A DNA stretch of 64,000 nucleotides from Actinomycetota bacterium (GCA_029265315.1 JAJUJM010000006.1:43531-107530), one strand, 5' to 3'; shown: positions 40,810 to 52,664, counted from the first letter of the stretch. A program made the numbers and translations. Notes: generated by a model from the sequence alone, not told the origin.

Positions 40810-42774
40810 GTGCAGTCCCTGCTCTTCGACATCGTCATCATCTTCGCACTGTCGGTCGTCGCTGCGATCGTCTGTCATCGGCTGCGCGTGCCGACCTCCA
40901 TCGGGCTTCTGCTGACCGGCGTGCTGGCCGGTCCTGAGGTGCTGGGACTCGTCCGCAACGTTCACCAGATCGAGTTGCTGTCCGAGATAGGCGTCGTGCT
41001 GCTCTTGTTCGTGATCGGCCTGGAGTTCTCGTTGGCCGACATCTCCCAGCTCAAGAACCAGTTCCTGGTGGGCGGGTCGGTGCAGTTCTTCGGCACGGCG
41101 CTCGTCGTGGGGGCGGCCACGATGGCCACGGGCTTCACCGCGTCGCAGAGTGCCTACATCGGCTTCGTGGTGGCGCTGTCGAGCACCGCGATCGTCCTGC
41201 GCCTGCTGCAGGACCGAGCGCAGACGAACACCCCGCATGGCCGAACGGTGGTCGCGACGCTCATCTACCAGGACATCGCGGTCGTCCCCGTCATGCTCAC
41301 CGCACCGCTGCTGGCGGGCAACGGCCTTGGCCCAGGTGCGTCCTCTGCGGGTCTGCTGGCGGCGAGGATACTGGGCATCGCGGTGTTCGCGTTCGTCGCA
41401 TACCGTTGGGTGGTGCCGTGGGTGCTTGAACGCATCACGCGCACCCGCAGCTCGGAGGCGTTCCTGCTCGGCGTGATCACGCTGTGCATCGGCATCGCGG
41501 TGCTCACCCAGTCGGCCGGGCTGTCGCTGGCGCTCGGTGCGTTCCTCGCGGGACTCATCATCTCCGAGTCGGCCTACTCCCATCAGGCCGTGTCCGTGAT
41601 GTTGCCGTTCAGGGACGTGTTCATCAGCCTGTTCTTCGTGTCGGTCGGGATGCTTCTGGACCTGGGTTACCTGCTCGAGGACCCGCTGCGCATAGCGGTG
41701 CTGACGCTTGGCGTCATCGTGGTGAAGCCGTTGATCGGAACGCTCTCGACGCTCGCCACCGGGCTTCCGCTGCGTAGCTCCGTGCTCGCAGGCCTCGCGT
41801 TGGGACAGGTGGGCGAATTCTCGCTCGTGGCTACCAAGGCCGGTGTGAGCGCCGGACTGTTCGGGGCCGACGTGTTCCAGACCGTGCTCGACGTGGCGGT
41901 GCTCAGCATGATGCTGGCGCCCGTGCTGGTGGCGTTCGCCCCCACGTGCGCTGACCTCGTGTGCGCCACGCCGCTCGCGCGCATCGGGCGGCGCGAGGAA
42001 GAGTCGACCCACGGGGTCAACTCCGGGTACAGCGGACATGTGGTGATAGTCGGTTTCGGCGTGACGGGCCGCAACCTGGCGATGACGGCACGGGCCTCGG
42101 ATGTGCCTTACGCGGTGCTCGAGCTCAACGCGGCGACGGTCCGGGAGGCCAAAGCGGCGGGCGAGCCCATCCACTTCGGGGACGCGAGTCAGGAGCCGCT
42201 GTTGCGTCACGTCAACGCCGAGAAGGCGCGCGCGATCGTGGTCGTCATCGACGACCCCGCGGGTGCGCGGCGCATCGTCGAGACGAGTCGCCGGATCGCG
42301 CCCGATGCCTACATCCTCGTGCGGAGCCGGTACCTCCGTGAGGTGGAGGCGCTCATGTCCCTCGGGGCCGATGAGGTCATCGCCGATGAGATGGAGGTCT
42401 CCATCGAGGTCTTCTCCCGTGTGCTCGCCCGGATGCTCGTGCCGCGCGAGGACATCAAGCGGCTCATCGGTGAGGTGCGTGGCGAGTGGCGCCGCATGGC
42501 GCGAGGACTCTCCAAAGAGTCGACCAGCGTGCCGGACCTCAAGGTCGATATCCCGGACCTCGTCACGCACACACTCAGGTTGACGGAGCGATCACCGCTG
42601 GTGGGGGTGAGCATCGCCGAGAGCAGGATGCGCGGCGATCACGGCGTGACGGTGCTCGCAGTCACACGAGAGCGTGAGGTGATCGGCAATCCGCACAGCG
42701 GACTCGTGCTGGCCGCGGGCGATGTGCTGTTCGTGATCGGCCCCACCGAGTTCGACCCGAGCGTGCTCACCTGA
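40810..42774 (+). CDS. CPA2 cation:proton antiporter (Kef-type) with TrkA-N and TrkA-C domains
   Basis: EIGVVLLLFVIGLE, LSSTAIV, QD, LGAFLAG, QVGEFS, GFGVTG NAD-binding domain. Confidence 0.9.
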   Translation: MQSLLFDIVIIFALSVVAAIVCHRLRVPTSIGLLLTGVLAGPEVLGLVRNVHQIELLSEIGVVLLLFVIGLEFSLADISQLKNQFLVGGSVQFFGTALVVGAATMATGFTASQSAYIGFVVALSSTAIVLRLLQDRAQTNTPHGRTVVATLIYQDIAVVPVMLTAPLLAGNGLGPGASSAGLLAARILGIAVFAFVAYRWVVPWVLERITRTRSSEAFLLGVITLCIGIAVLTQSAGLSLALGAFLAGLIISESAYSHQAVSVMLPFRDVFISLFFVSVGMLLDLGYLLEDPLRIAVLTLGVIVVKPLIGTLSTLATGLPLRSSVLAGLALGQVGEFSLVATKAGVSAGLFGADVFQTVLDVAVLSMMLAPVLVAFAPTCADLVCATPLARIGRREEESTHGVNSGYSGHVVIVGFGVTGRNLAMTARASDVPYAVLELNAATVREAKAAGEPIHFGDASQEPLLRHVNAEKARAIVVVIDDPAGARRIVETSRRIAPDAYILVRSRYLREVEALMSLGADEVIADEMEVSIEVFSRVLARMLVPREDIKRLIGEVRGEWRRMARGLSKESTSVPDLKVDIPDLVTHTLRLTERSPLVGVSIAESRMRGDHGVTVLAVTREREVIGNPHSGLVLAAGDVLFVIGPTEFDPSVLT

Positions 42775-42817
42775 AGCCCGTCTCCGTCTCCGGCAGCGGT
42801 CGTGTCAGGCTCCCGAC

Positions 42818-43921
42818 TCACTCGTACACGCGCACGACGCGGTAGAGTGTGTCACGCTCGACCGGCGTATGACCCGTTTCGCGGATCATCGCCACGAGAT
42901 CGTCCTTTGACAGCGCCTCGGGCGTCGTGGCGCCTGCCATGTGCGTGATCTTCTCCTCGACCACCGTGCCGTCGATGTCGTCGACGCCGAATGCCGTCGA
43001 CAGTTGCGCGACCTTGAGTCCCACCATGATCCAGAACGCCTTGATGTGGTCGATGTTGTCGAGCATGAGGCGTGCGATCGCCAGCGTCTTCAGGTCATCG
43101 TATCCGGTCGTGGCCGGCAGGTCGGCCAGCTCGGTGTTGGCCGGGTGGAAGGCGAGCGGGATGAAGGCGAGGAAGCCACCGCTCTCATCCTGCTGCTCGC
43201 GCAGGCGGACGAGGTGGTCGACGCGCTCTTCGATGGTCTCTATGTGGCCGTAGAGCATCGTGCAGTTCGTCTTGATTCCGAGCTCGTGTGCCTCCCCATG
43301 GATGCGCAGCCATACGTCGCTCGACGTCTTCTTGTCCCACGCCGCAGCACGCGTGCGGTCCGAGAAGATCTCAGCGCCTCCGCCGGGCAGTGCGTCGAGC
43401 CCCGCTTCTTTCAGGTCGGCGAGCACCTCACGTGTTGACTTGTTGGCGATGATCGCCATGTGCTCTATCTCGACCGCGGTGAATGCCTGGACGATGACGT
43501 GGTCCGGTACGGCTTCGCGGGTGCGTCGCACCATGTCCAGGTAGAACTCGTAGCTCCATTCGGGGTGCAGGCCCGAGACGATGTGGATCTCGTAGGCACC
43601 GTCCGCAGCGCCCTCAGCCGCGGCCTTCGCTATCTCGTCGAGCGTCATCTCGTACGCACCCGGCTCGCCCTCACTGCGAGCGAACGCGCAGAACTTGCAT
43701 CGGTTGCGGCAGATGTTCGTCGGATTGATGTGGCGGTTCACCATGAAGTGCACGCGGTCGCCGTTCTTGGTCCGGCGCACGTGGTCGGCCATCTGCCCGA
43801 TGCCGATGAGGTCGTTGCTCGCATACAGCGTCATGCCGTCCTCGCGCGACAGGCGCTCGCCGGCCGCGACCTTCGCGGCGATGGGTTCGAGGGCGGGGTC
43901 GATCAGGTTGAAGGAGGGCAC
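42818..43921 (-). CDS. mqnE: Aminofutalosine synthase (radical SAM)
   Basis: NRHINPTNIC...CKFCAF, EIHIVSGLHP, AFTAVE, PGGGAEIF, HIKAFW, GTVVEEKI.HMAG. Confidence 0.92.
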   Translation of the reverse strand: MPSFNLIDPALEPIAAKVAAGERLSREDGMTLYASNDLIGIGQMADHVRRTKNGDRVHFMVNRHINPTNICRNRCKFCAFARSEGEPGAYEMTLDEIAKAAAEGAADGAYEIHIVSGLHPEWSYEFYLDMVRRTREAVPDHVIVQAFTAVEIEHMAIIANKSTREVLADLKEAGLDALPGGGAEIFSDRTRAAAWDKKTSSDVWLRIHGEAHELGIKTNCTMLYGHIETIEERVDHLVRLREQQDESGGFLAFIPLAFHPANTELADLPATTGYDDLKTLAIARLMLDNIDHIKAFWIMVGLKVAQLSTAFGVDDIDGTVVEEKITHMAGATTPEALSKDDLVAMIRETGHTPVERDTLYRVVRVYE

Positions 43922-43995
43922 GTCATCTCCTCGGTCGGTTGGGAAGAGTGGGCGGACTCCGGTGACTCGCTGCGGGTCCCGCCGTAGTCTATGCC

Positions 43996-44751
43996 CTATG
44001 CGACGGCTTCGTCACGGGTGTCGGGCGGGGAGAGAAGCCGGTCGATGAACAGTGCGAGCGTGATCGAGGGCAGCGCTCCCTCGAGGATGTAGGCGTCGTT
44101 GTACTCCTTGAATCCCGCAAGGATGGGCATGCCCAGACCGCCCGCGGCGACCACGGCGCCCAGCGTGGCTGCACTCACGTTGATGACGAGCATGTTCTTC
44201 ACACCGCCCATGATCACCGGCATCGCGAGCGGCAACTGTACCGAGAGGAACCGCTGGCGTGGTGTCATCCCCATGCCGGTGGCGGCGTCTATCGCGTCGG
44301 GGGAGACGCTCTCGATGCCTGCGACCACGTTGAGCATGATGGGCAGGATGCTGTAGAGCACGAGCGCGATGACGACAGGCTCGGCTCCGTAACCCGTCAG
44401 AGGGATCACAAGCGCCATGATGGCGACCGACGGTACCGTCTGGGCCAGGTTGCCGACGCTCATGATGAGGTCCCGGAACGGCTTGCCCGCCCGTGACAGG
44501 GCGATGAGGCCGAGTGTGACGCCGACCACGAGGGCGATGGCGCTCGAGGCCATCGTCAGGTACACCTGTTCGCCCATGAGCACAGACAGCGGCTTCGTGG
44601 GGTAGAGCACGGCCCGTTGGTCCGGCACGAGGAAACGCAACAGCAGCTCGAAACCTGTCGCGTCGAACGTCATCCATGCGGTGACGGCACCGAGAACGGT
44701 GACGCCCGCCCAGTGGCCGAGCGTTCCGGCCCGTGTTCGCCATCCGATCAT
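43996..44751 (-). CDS. Osmoprotectant (glycine betaine-type) ABC transporter permease
   Basis: QTVPS, ALVLYSILP, GMGMT..Q....VQLPLA, AGGLG. Confidence 0.88.
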   Translation of the reverse strand: MIGWRTRAGTLGHWAGVTVLGAVTAWMTFDATGFELLLRFLVPDQRAVLYPTKPLSVLMGEQVYLTMASSAIALVVGVTLGLIALSRAGKPFRDLIMSVGNLAQTVPSVAIMALVIPLTGYGAEPVVIALVLYSILPIMLNVVAGIESVSPDAIDAATGMGMTPRQRFLSVQLPLAMPVIMGGVKNMLVINVSAATLGAVVAAGGLGMPILAGFKEYNDAYILEGALPSITLALFIDRLLSPPDTRDEAVA

Positions 44752-45707
44752 GCCGGGGCGCTCCCGTCGCCCAAGGCCTTCACGAGCGTCTCGAAGTCCA
44801 CGACGCCGCGTGGCGCGCCCTCGTGACACACGATGAGCTTCGTCGCTTTGGCGCCGACGAGTTCGGCGAGGGCCTCTTTGAGCGTCACTGAGTCCTCGAC
44901 ATGCGGGGCCGCGGCGCACGACACGCTTGGATCGAGGGGTTTGAAGGGGACGCTTGACAGGCAGTGGCGCGCCATGATCCGCAGGCCCAGGTTCTCGCCG
45001 AAGAAGCCTTTGACGAACTCGCTCGCGGGTTCGATCCAGAGCTTTTCGGGGGCGGCGTACTGCTCGAGATGGCCTTCGCGCAAGAGTGCTATGCGGTCGG
45101 CGAGGAGCACCGCCTCATCGATGTCGTGCGTCACGAACACGATCGTCTTCCTGAGCTTCGCGTGCAGTCTCTTCATCTCGAGCTGCAGACGCTCTCGGGT
45201 CAGTGGATCGACCGCGCCGAACGGCTCGTCCATGAGCAGCACGGGGGGGTCTGCCGCGAGCGCTCGGGCGACACCGACCCGCTGCGCTTCGCCGCCGGAC
45301 AGCTGATGCGGGTACTTTGACGCGTACGTGTCAGGGTCAAGACCGACGAGGTCGAGCATCTCGCTGACACGCTCCTCGATGCGGCGCCGGTCCCATCCCA
45401 GCAGACGCGGCACGGTGGCCACGTTACGGCGGATCGTCATGTTGGGGAACAGACCGGTGTTCTGGATGACGTAGCCCATCGTCCGCCGCAGGCTCTCGGG
45501 CCTCATCGTCGCGGTGTCCACGCCGTTGAGCAGGACGCGCCCGCTCGTGGGCTCCACCATGCGGTTGATCATCCTGAGTACCGTGGTCTTGCCGGAACCG
45601 GAGGGACCGAGGAGCACGGTGAACTGACCTTGCTCCACGGTCAGGCTCACGGAGTCGACCGCGGTGAAGGAGCCGTAGCGTTTGGTGAGGTCGGCTATCT
45701 CTATCAT
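44748..45707 (-). CDS. Osmoprotectant ABC transporter ATPase
   Basis: GPSGSGKTT, GYVIQ.TGLFP, LSGGEAQRVGVARAL, MDEPFGAVDP; start at MIEIADL. Confidence 0.9.
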   Translation of the reverse strand: MIEIADLTKRYGSFTAVDSVSLTVEQGQFTVLLGPSGSGKTTVLRMINRMVEPTSGRVLLNGVDTATMRPESLRRTMGYVIQNTGLFPNMTIRRNVATVPRLLGWDRRRIEERVSEMLDLVGLDPDTYASKYPHQLSGGEAQRVGVARALAADPPVLLMDEPFGAVDPLTRERLQLEMKRLHAKLRKTIVFVTHDIDEAVLLADRIALLREGHLEQYAAPEKLWIEPASEFVKGFFGENLGLRIMARHCLSSVPFKPLDPSVSCAAAPHVEDSVTLKEALAELVGAKATKLIVCHEGAPRGVVDFETLVKALGDGSAPA

Positions 45708-46885
45708 CCCGCTGAGCTCCAGAATCCGGTGAGGCGTTCGAGTCCGTGCAGTGCGCGATCGAAGAACAGCGCGAGCGCCACGATGGGCACCACGCCGAGC
45801 AGGATGAGGTCGGTGGCGGTCTCGCTGGCGCCGAGGAACACGAAGATCCCCAGCCCGCCGCCGCCGACGAGCCCCGCGATGATGGCCCCGGCGGTGGTCT
45901 GCACGAGGGCCACGCGCACCCCCGCGATGACGACCGGAAGCGCCAACGGCAGCTCGATTTCTGCGAGCATGCGCAGGCGGCCCATGCCGACCCCTCGCGC
46001 CGCATCGGTGACCGCGCGGTCGAGGCTCGCTATGGCGGCGTGTGTGTTTCGTGCGATCGGGTAGACCGCATACGACGACAGCACGATGATCACCGGCGCC
46101 CACCCGACGCCCCGCACGCCCAGGTCTTCGAACAGGGCGATCCGTTCGGACAGGCCGGAGAGCACCGGATTGAGAAGTCCGATGAAAGCGAGCGTGGGCA
46201 ACACCTGCAAGACGTTCAAGGAGCCGAAGACCACCGGCTCAAGGGAGCGCTTCTTCGCTGCGAGCACGCCCGATAGCAGGCCCGCGACCAGCCCGACGGC
46301 GACCGCGCCCGCCACATAGCTCAGGTGCAGACGGAACTCGCGCCAGAAGCTGCTCATGTTGTTCGCGTACTCGCGTGCGATGCCGATCTCGGTCAGTCCG
46401 CCTGCCGACGCGATCGCAACGACGCCTGCCACAGGCAGATACGTGAGCGCCACACGCGAGGCGCCCGGCTCGAGCCATGCCGTTGCGGCGAAGATGAGCA
46501 TGTAAGCCGCGAACTGGGTCAGCCAGAAGCCAAGACCCAAGGAGGTGCGGGCGATAGTGCTCGTCGACTCGACGTAGTCCGTCGCGGCCGAGCCCGCCTG
46601 CCACAGGGTCAGGATGGGAACGGCGGCGCCGAGCAGCGTGACGGTCAGCCCCCGAATCCTTTCTCGAAGAGGAGAGGCGGCGAGGAGCGCGGCGAGGAGC
46701 CAGGCGCAGAGCAGCACCCATCCCCATGCGCCGAACGCTTCGAGCAAGGAGGATGGTTCACCGCGAAAGACTCGGTTCGCGCGGAACAGCAGCCCAGACG
46801 GCGCGAGGGCCGCCGCGATTCCCAGGGCGCATCCCGAGATCGCGACGACCCTCGCGCGGGTTCGGACCAGGTCGGTATCGGCCAC
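45704..46885 (-). CDS. Osmoprotectant ABC transporter permease (YehY-like, N-terminal extension)
   Basis: QVLP.LA, GVGWAP, AARGVGM, ELPLALP, GGGGLG. Confidence 0.85.
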   Translation of the reverse strand: MADTDLVRTRARVVAISGCALGIAAALAPSGLLFRANRVFRGEPSSLLEAFGAWGWVLLCAWLLAALLAASPLRERIRGLTVTLLGAAVPILTLWQAGSAATDYVESTSTIARTSLGLGFWLTQFAAYMLIFAATAWLEPGASRVALTYLPVAGVVAIASAGGLTEIGIAREYANNMSSFWREFRLHLSYVAGAVAVGLVAGLLSGVLAAKKRSLEPVVFGSLNVLQVLPTLAFIGLLNPVLSGLSERIALFEDLGVRGVGWAPVIIVLSSYAVYPIARNTHAAIASLDRAVTDAARGVGMGRLRMLAEIELPLALPVVIAGVRVALVQTTAGAIIAGLVGGGGLGIFVFLGASETATDLILLGVVPIVALALFFDRALHGLERLTGFWSSAG

Positions 46886-46898
46886 TAGCCCTTGTCCA

Positions 46899-47882
46899 CT
46901 ACTTCAGGAAGCCATTCTGCTTCAGGTACTCCTCGGCGACCGCCGGACCGGCCTCGCCGCCCAGAGCGACTCGCTTGTTGAGCTCCTGGAGCACTTCCAT
47001 CGTGAGGGATTCGAAGACGGGGGCGAGGATGCCTTCGATCTCGGGATAGGCCTCGATGATCTCGGCGCGGAAGACGGGGGTTGGGTTGTAGACAGGCGGC
47101 ACGTTCTTCGAGTCGGTCAGCACGACGAGACCGGCATCCGCCAAACCGCCGTCCGTGGCGTAGACCTCCGCGACGTTGGCGCCGTCCGTACCGTTGACCA
47201 CGGCTTCGATGAACTGGGCCGTCACGCCATTCGCGAGCCCGATCTTCTGGTCGTTCTTCAGCGTGAAGCCGTACGCTTTCTCATACGCCTTGAGTCCGGC
47301 TTCGTTGTCCATCCAGGACTGGTCTCCAACAAGCTTCACCGACCCGCCGCCGTTCACGTATGCGGCGAACTCCTCCATGGTCGTGACCTTGTTCTTCTCA
47401 GAGAACTCCTTGGTGACCGCGAGGTACTCGCTGTTGTTGGCGGGAGCGGGAGTGAGCCACGCGATGCCGTTGGCGGCGTCCTTCTCCTTGATGGTCTCAT
47501 AGCCCTTGACCGGGTCTTTCCAGAGCGGGTCACCTTCTGGACCAGTGTAGTACTGCCCCGAGCCGGTGTAGTCGATGGTGGCGTCGACGTCGCCGGCCAG
47601 AAGGGCCTTGCGCACGACGTCCGGCGTGCCGAACTTCGTCTTGTCGACGGTCTTGATCCCGTTGGCCTCAAGCATCTTGATGACCATCGACCCCAATATG
47701 ACGCCCTCGGAGTCGAGCAGCGAGGCGACCTTGACCTCCGGGCCCTCCTTTGTCGCCGGGGTCTGGGGCTCGGGGGCCGGTTTCTCAGCCGGTGCCGCAC
47801 ATCCTGAGACCACGAGCGCGGTTGCGAGCGCGAGCGCCGCTGCGGACGTCCATGACTTCACACGCATGGGTTCCCCTCTCAT
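46899..47882 (-). CDS. Osmoprotectant ABC transporter substrate-binding lipoprotein (YehZ/OsmF-like)
   Basis: Lipobox VSGC; WLTPAPANN, YATDG, PVYNP.PV.R; start could be 47867. Confidence 0.88.
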   Translation of the reverse strand: MRGEPMRVKSWTSAAALALATALVVSGCAAPAEKPAPEPQTPATKEGPEVKVASLLDSEGVILGSMVIKMLEANGIKTVDKTKFGTPDVVRKALLAGDVDATIDYTGSGQYYTGPEGDPLWKDPVKGYETIKEKDAANGIAWLTPAPANNSEYLAVTKEFSEKNKVTTMEEFAAYVNGGGSVKLVGDQSWMDNEAGLKAYEKAYGFTLKNDQKIGLANGVTAQFIEAVVNGTDGANVAEVYATDGGLADAGLVVLTDSKNVPPVYNPTPVFRAEIIEAYPEIEGILAPVFESLTMEVLQELNKRVALGGEAGPAVAEEYLKQNGFLK

Positions 47883-48055
47883 CAGCAGTTCGGTGTAGAA
47901 ACATCAAGCATCATTATAGTGTATCGCCAAGCCGTTCTGCGTGCGCAGCGCTGTTCTTCGGTTGATACCCAAACAGTGGAAGTCGAATGGTCATTCGCAG
48001 ATATGATAGTATTGATGAATCCCGCTGATACCGAGAAGCGAGCGGAGGTGAGAGC

Positions 48056-48559
48056 GTGACCGTGACCGAGATCTCTGGAAAGGCTGCGGCACGCGCTCTT
48101 GTCGCCGAGGGGCCGATGAGCGCCGCTGACCAGGCCGAGCTTGCGGCGGCCTCGTATTACGAGGCGGGCTTCCACTGTGGCGAGTCTGTGGTGAAGGCCG
48201 TGAACGAGGTCTTGGGTCACCCCCTCCCACCAGAGGTCTTCCGGATGGCTTCCGGCTTCTGTGAGGGGTTGGGTGGCTCCCGTTGCATCTGCGGTGCGCT
48301 CGCGGGTGGTGTCATGGCGGTCGGACTGACTGCGGGTCGCTCCTCGGCACAAGACGAGTGGGAGCCGGCTTACGACGGTGCTGCCGAGCTCAGGCGTCGC
48401 TGGGTCGAGGACCAGAGAGCTGAATCGTGCGATGAAGTCGTCCGCAGGATAGGCGGCATGCATCTGCCCGAGCGCTGGGCGCACTGCACGATGCTCGTTG
48501 GTCGCACAGCGCGCTGGGCCGTTGAGATAGCCCAAGAGCAGGCGCGCTCGAAGCGCTGA
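48056..48559 (+). CDS. C_GCAxxG_C_C family putative redox protein
   Basis: GFHCGE, GF..GLG, CICGALAGG, two later Cys. Confidence 0.82.
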   Translation: MTVTEISGKAAARALVAEGPMSAADQAELAAASYYEAGFHCGESVVKAVNEVLGHPLPPEVFRMASGFCEGLGGSRCICGALAGGVMAVGLTAGRSSAQDEWEPAYDGAAELRRRWVEDQRAESCDEVVRRIGGMHLPERWAHCTMLVGRTARWAVEIAQEQARSKR

Positions 48560-48632
48560 TCCTTCGGCGCCGATCACATTTCCCACGCGGTCTCCACACT
48601 CGACACGGCTTCATCGGGTACCTTCTTCTCCC

Positions 48633-50060
48633 ATGACGAAGCTGGTCGAAATCGCACGTACGACCGTTTCTCGCCGCGGGCTGCTTCCCGACGGCTCGCC
48701 GGTGCTCGCCATGGTGTCCGGCGGAGCGGACTCGACGGCGCTTCTGCATCTGCTGGCCAAAGGAGTGTTCGGCGAGCATCCGCTGCGCGTGCTCCATGTG
48801 AACCATCTTCTGCGGGAAGACGCGGCTTCGGATGAAGCGTTCGTCGTAGCGATGTGCGCATGCTGGGGGATCGACGCGCGCGTGGCCCGCTACGACGTGG
48901 GCGCATACGCCGACGCCGAGGGGCTGAACCTCGAAGACGCGGGCCGGCGGGTCCGATACCGCTTGGCCGAGCAGGAGCTCGACGCCTTGTGTGAGGAGCT
49001 GGGGCTTCCGGCGCCAAGCGGCCGCATCGCCGTCGCCCATACGCTCGACGACCGCATCGAGACGTTCTTCATGCGGGCCATCTCCGGCGCCGGCACGCGA
49101 GCACTCGCCGGCATCCCCGCGCAGCGTGGGCGTATCGTGCGACCCCTCATAGACTGCGAGCGCTCGGCCGTCCGCGAGTACCTCGAATCGCTCGGTGTGG
49201 AGTGGTGCGAAGACGCGACCAACACCGACACTGACCGGTCCCGCGCCCTTGTGCGCGCGCAGATCCTTCCGGCCGCCGAGCGCCTCAATCCTTCGTATCG
49301 GGACGCGATGCGCCGCACGATGGACCTCTTGGCGGACGACGAGGCCCTGCTCGACCGCCTCGCCGGGGGTTTCGCCCGCGACTTCGCCGAGGTCGCGGAT
49401 GGCGAGGTCCGCTTCCACCGCGAATGGATGCGTTCGCTGGAGCGAACGATGGCGCGGCGTACGGTGCGAGACGCGCTGAGCCGCGCGTTCCCTGAGTCCG
49501 GACGTCTCGAGGCCGAACACATAGAGGCTCTCGTCGACGGACTCGATGACGAAGGGTTCGCGCGGGATCTGCCGTACGGCATGAGGGCCTTCAGCGAGTA
49601 CGGTACACTGGTCGTCTCGCAAAGGGGGGACGCCGAGCAGCGCGTGGCACCCGGCTTGCTCACGGTTCCGGGACACGTCGACCTCGGTGCGGCGGGGTCC
49701 ATCACCGCGATCGAGACGCGACCGACGGACATCGCCGGGCAGCCGGACTCCGTGGTCATCGATGCGGACGCCGTGGAGCGCGAACTCACCGTCGGGTCTT
49801 GGCGGGAAGGCGAGCGCATGCGCCCGCTGGGCATGACGGGCAGCCGCAAGCTCTCCGACATGCTCGCCGAGGCGAAGGTGTCCCGCCGACTGCGAGGGCT
49901 CGTGCCGGTCGTGAGGGACGGCGAGCGGGTCGTGTGGGTCGCAGGGGTTCGCATGAGTGATGAGTACCGGGTCACCGAACGTACCGCGAGGGCGGTACGT
50001 CTCACATGGGAGCGAGGCGCCGCGTTGCGCGGCTGGTTCGGACGGGAGCGTGGCGAGTGA
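48633..50060 (+). CDS. tilS: tRNA(Ile)-lysidine synthase
   Basis: VSGGADS PP-loop, HVNHLLR, AHTLDD..ET, RPL, D.TN; precedes hpt-ftsH. Confidence 0.95.
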   Translation: MTKLVEIARTTVSRRGLLPDGSPVLAMVSGGADSTALLHLLAKGVFGEHPLRVLHVNHLLREDAASDEAFVVAMCACWGIDARVARYDVGAYADAEGLNLEDAGRRVRYRLAEQELDALCEELGLPAPSGRIAVAHTLDDRIETFFMRAISGAGTRALAGIPAQRGRIVRPLIDCERSAVREYLESLGVEWCEDATNTDTDRSRALVRAQILPAAERLNPSYRDAMRRTMDLLADDEALLDRLAGGFARDFAEVADGEVRFHREWMRSLERTMARRTVRDALSRAFPESGRLEAEHIEALVDGLDDEGFARDLPYGMRAFSEYGTLVVSQRGDAEQRVAPGLLTVPGHVDLGAAGSITAIETRPTDIAGQPDSVVIDADAVERELTVGSWREGERMRPLGMTGSRKLSDMLAEAKVSRRLRGLVPVVRDGERVVWVAGVRMSDEYRVTERTARAVRLTWERGAALRGWFGRERGE

Positions 50061-50653
50061 CCGCATCCATACATGAAGACGTCGAGAGGGTCATCCTCAC
50101 CGAAGAGCGGATCCGTGAGCGCGTCGCCGAGCTCGGTGCGGCGATCAGCGCCGACTATGGTGACGAACCGGTGCTGCTCATAGCCGTGCTGCGCGGCGCC
50201 GCACTGTTCGTGGCGGACCTCGCTCGCACCATATCCTCGCCGGTCGAGATCGACTTCATGGCGGTATCGAGCTACGGTTCCTCGACCAAGTCGTCCGGTG
50301 TCGTGCGCATCCTCAAGGACCTGGATGAGGGTATCGAGGGGCGCCACGTGCTCGTCGTCGAGGACATCCTCGACACCGGTCTGACGCTCAAGTACCTCCT
50401 GAAGAACCTGGCGTCACGCAAGCCGCGTTCACTCGAAGTCGTGACCCTTCTGAGCAAGCAGGGTAAACAGCGGGTACCTATCGACTGTAAGTACGTCGGT
50501 TTCGACGTGCCCGATGAGTTCGTGGTCGGATATGGGCTCGACTACGACGAGCGCTACCGGAACCTGCCCTACATCGGCGTACTGAAGCCCGAGGTCTACA
50601 CGGACCAGCCGCCATCGGTCGGCACCTCCGCTCAAGGAGACGGATACTCGTGA
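50057..50653 (+). CDS. hpt: Hypoxanthine phosphoribosyltransferase
   Basis: [31 protein letters not shown]. Confidence 0.95.
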   Translation: MTASIHEDVERVILTEERIRERVAELGAAISADYGDEPVLLIAVLRGAALFVADLARTISSPVEIDFMAVSSYGSSTKSSGVVRILKDLDEGIEGRHVLVVEDILDTGLTLKYLLKNLASRKPRSLEVVTLLSKQGKQRVPIDCKYVGFDVPDEFVVGYGLDYDERYRNLPYIGVLKPEVYTDQPPSVGTSAQGDGYS

Positions 50654-52632
50654 ACAAGAACTTCCGCACCGTCATCATCTACCTGATCCTGCTCGGAGTG
50701 CTCGTCTGGATCGTGACGAGCACTCTCACGAGCACTGCCACCGGCCCTGCGCAGCTTGAGACGAGCGAGTTCATCGCGGCGGCAGAAGACGGGCTCATCT
50801 CCAGCGTCACCTACGTTGCGCGCAACGGCGACCTTTCAGGAGAGTACTGGGAGGACACGGCCTCCAAGACAGTGAAGGAGAAGCCCGTTCCCTTCACTTC
50901 GACGTGGGCGGGGGACGACTCGTTCACTGAGTTCGCCACCTCCAAGAAGCTCGCCTTCAAGGTGGACAACTCCGGTCCGAGCCCTTGGCTCACCATCATC
51001 ACGTCGCTTCTTCCCATCCTGCTGCTCGTCTTCGTCATGTTCTTCTTCCTGAACCAGATGCAGGGCGGCAATTCGAAGATCATGAGTTTCGGCAAGGCCC
51101 GGGTGAAGCGCATGACGCGCGACCAACCGCGGGTCACGTTCAAAGACGTGGCGGGCGCTGACGAGGCGATCGAGGAGCTTGAGGAGATCAAGGAGTTCCT
51201 CGCGAACCCGGGCAAGTTCCAAGCGCTTGGCGCCAAGATCCCGAAGGGCGTGCTGCTCGTAGGGCCTCCGGGCACCGGTAAGACGCTGCTCGCGCGCGCG
51301 GTGGCCGGCGAGGCGGCGGTGCCGTTCTTCAGCATCTCCGGTTCGGACTTCGTGGAGATGTTCGTGGGTGTGGGCGCTTCACGTGTCCGTGACCTCTTCG
51401 AGCAGGCGAAGGCCGCCAGCCCCTGCATCATCTTCATGGACGAGATCGACGCGGTGGGCCGTCAACGCGGCGCCGGCCTCGGCGGAGGCCACGACGAGCG
51501 CGAGCAGACCCTCAACCAGCTGCTCGTCGAGATGGATGGATTCGACATCAAGGACAACGTCATCCTGATCGCCGCCACGAACCGCCCCGACATCCTCGAC
51601 CCGGCACTGCTCCGGCCCGGACGTTTCGACCGCCAGATCGTGGTCGACCGCCCCGACCTCAAGGGCCGCTTGGGCATCCTCAAGATCCACACCAGAGGCA
51701 AGCCGCTTGCGGACGACATCGACCTCGAGGTGCTCGCTCGCCGGACTCCGGGTTTCACCGGAGCGGACCTCGCGAACCTCGTGAACGAGGCGGCGCTTCT
51801 CGCTGCGCGGCACGGCAAGAAGCGCATCGACATGAGCGAGCTCGACGAGTCGATCGAGCGCGTCATCTCGGGGCCCGAGCGCAAGAGCCGTCTCATCTCT
51901 GATGAGGAGAAGCGGGTCATCGCCTACCACGAGTCAGGTCACGCGCTCGTGGGACACCTGCTCCCGGACACCGACCCCATCCACAAGATCTCGATCATCG
52001 CCCGTGGTCAGGCGCTGGGCTACACGCTCGCGCTGCCTGCGGAGGACCGCTTCCTGACGAGCCGCAGACAGATGCTCGACCAGATAGCGATGATGCTTGG
52101 CGGTCGCGTGGCCGAAGAGCTCGCAATCGGGGACGTCACAACCGGCGCGAGCAACGACATCGAGCGCGCCACGAAGATCGCCAAGCAGATGGTCACCCGC
52201 TTCGGCATGAGCGAGAAGTTGGGGCCGCAGACGTTCGGGGACGCGAATCACGAGGTCTTCCTCGGGCGTGACTTCTCGGCCAACGCGGACTACTCGCCTG
52301 AGATCGCCTACGAGATCGACAAGGAGATCTCGCGGCTCATCGACGAGGCGTACGAGAAGGCGCGCACCATCCTGTCCGAGCGCCGCGCCCAGCTCGACCT
52401 CATGGCCGAGGTGCTCATAGAGCGCGAGACCGTCGACCGCGAAGAGCTTCAGGCGCTGCTCGACAACCGCTGGGAGGAGTATCTCGAGCAGGAGGCGGCG
52501 AAGGAGGCGGACACCGCGTCGTCGGATTCGAGTGGCGAGGTCGAGGCCGCGGATGCGGCAGCCGCGGTCGTCGGAGACGCTTCTTCGGGAACCGATGTGG
52601 GACCGTCTGCGCCGCCGATTCTGAACGCGTAG
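50650..52632 (+). CDS. ftsH: ATP-dependent zinc metalloprotease FtsH
   Basis: [38 protein letters not shown]. Confidence 0.97.
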   Translation: MNKNFRTVIIYLILLGVLVWIVTSTLTSTATGPAQLETSEFIAAAEDGLISSVTYVARNGDLSGEYWEDTASKTVKEKPVPFTSTWAGDDSFTEFATSKKLAFKVDNSGPSPWLTIITSLLPILLLVFVMFFFLNQMQGGNSKIMSFGKARVKRMTRDQPRVTFKDVAGADEAIEELEEIKEFLANPGKFQALGAKIPKGVLLVGPPGTGKTLLARAVAGEAAVPFFSISGSDFVEMFVGVGASRVRDLFEQAKAASPCIIFMDEIDAVGRQRGAGLGGGHDEREQTLNQLLVEMDGFDIKDNVILIAATNRPDILDPALLRPGRFDRQIVVDRPDLKGRLGILKIHTRGKPLADDIDLEVLARRTPGFTGADLANLVNEAALLAARHGKKRIDMSELDESIERVISGPERKSRLISDEEKRVIAYHESGHALVGHLLPDTDPIHKISIIARGQALGYTLALPAEDRFLTSRRQMLDQIAMMLGGRVAEELAIGDVTTGASNDIERATKIAKQMVTRFGMSEKLGPQTFGDANHEVFLGRDFSANADYSPEIAYEIDKEISRLIDEAYEKARTILSERRAQLDLMAEVLIERETVDREELQALLDNRWEEYLEQEAAKEADTASSDSSGEVEAADAAAAVVGDASSGTDVGPSAPPILNA

Positions 52633-52664
52633 GCCGACGGAGCCGGGCGCGGGTCGGGACGACC

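Noticed and set aside
47883..48055. Riboswitch (e.g. c-di-AMP) upstream of the osmoprotectant transporter
   Set aside because: AT-rich divergent promoter region without recognisable conserved riboswitch elements.
48056..48559. Selenoprotein form of the C_GCAxxG_C_C protein (also checked the glutaredoxin and FTR)
   Set aside because: All motif positions are Cys codons with no in-frame TGA.
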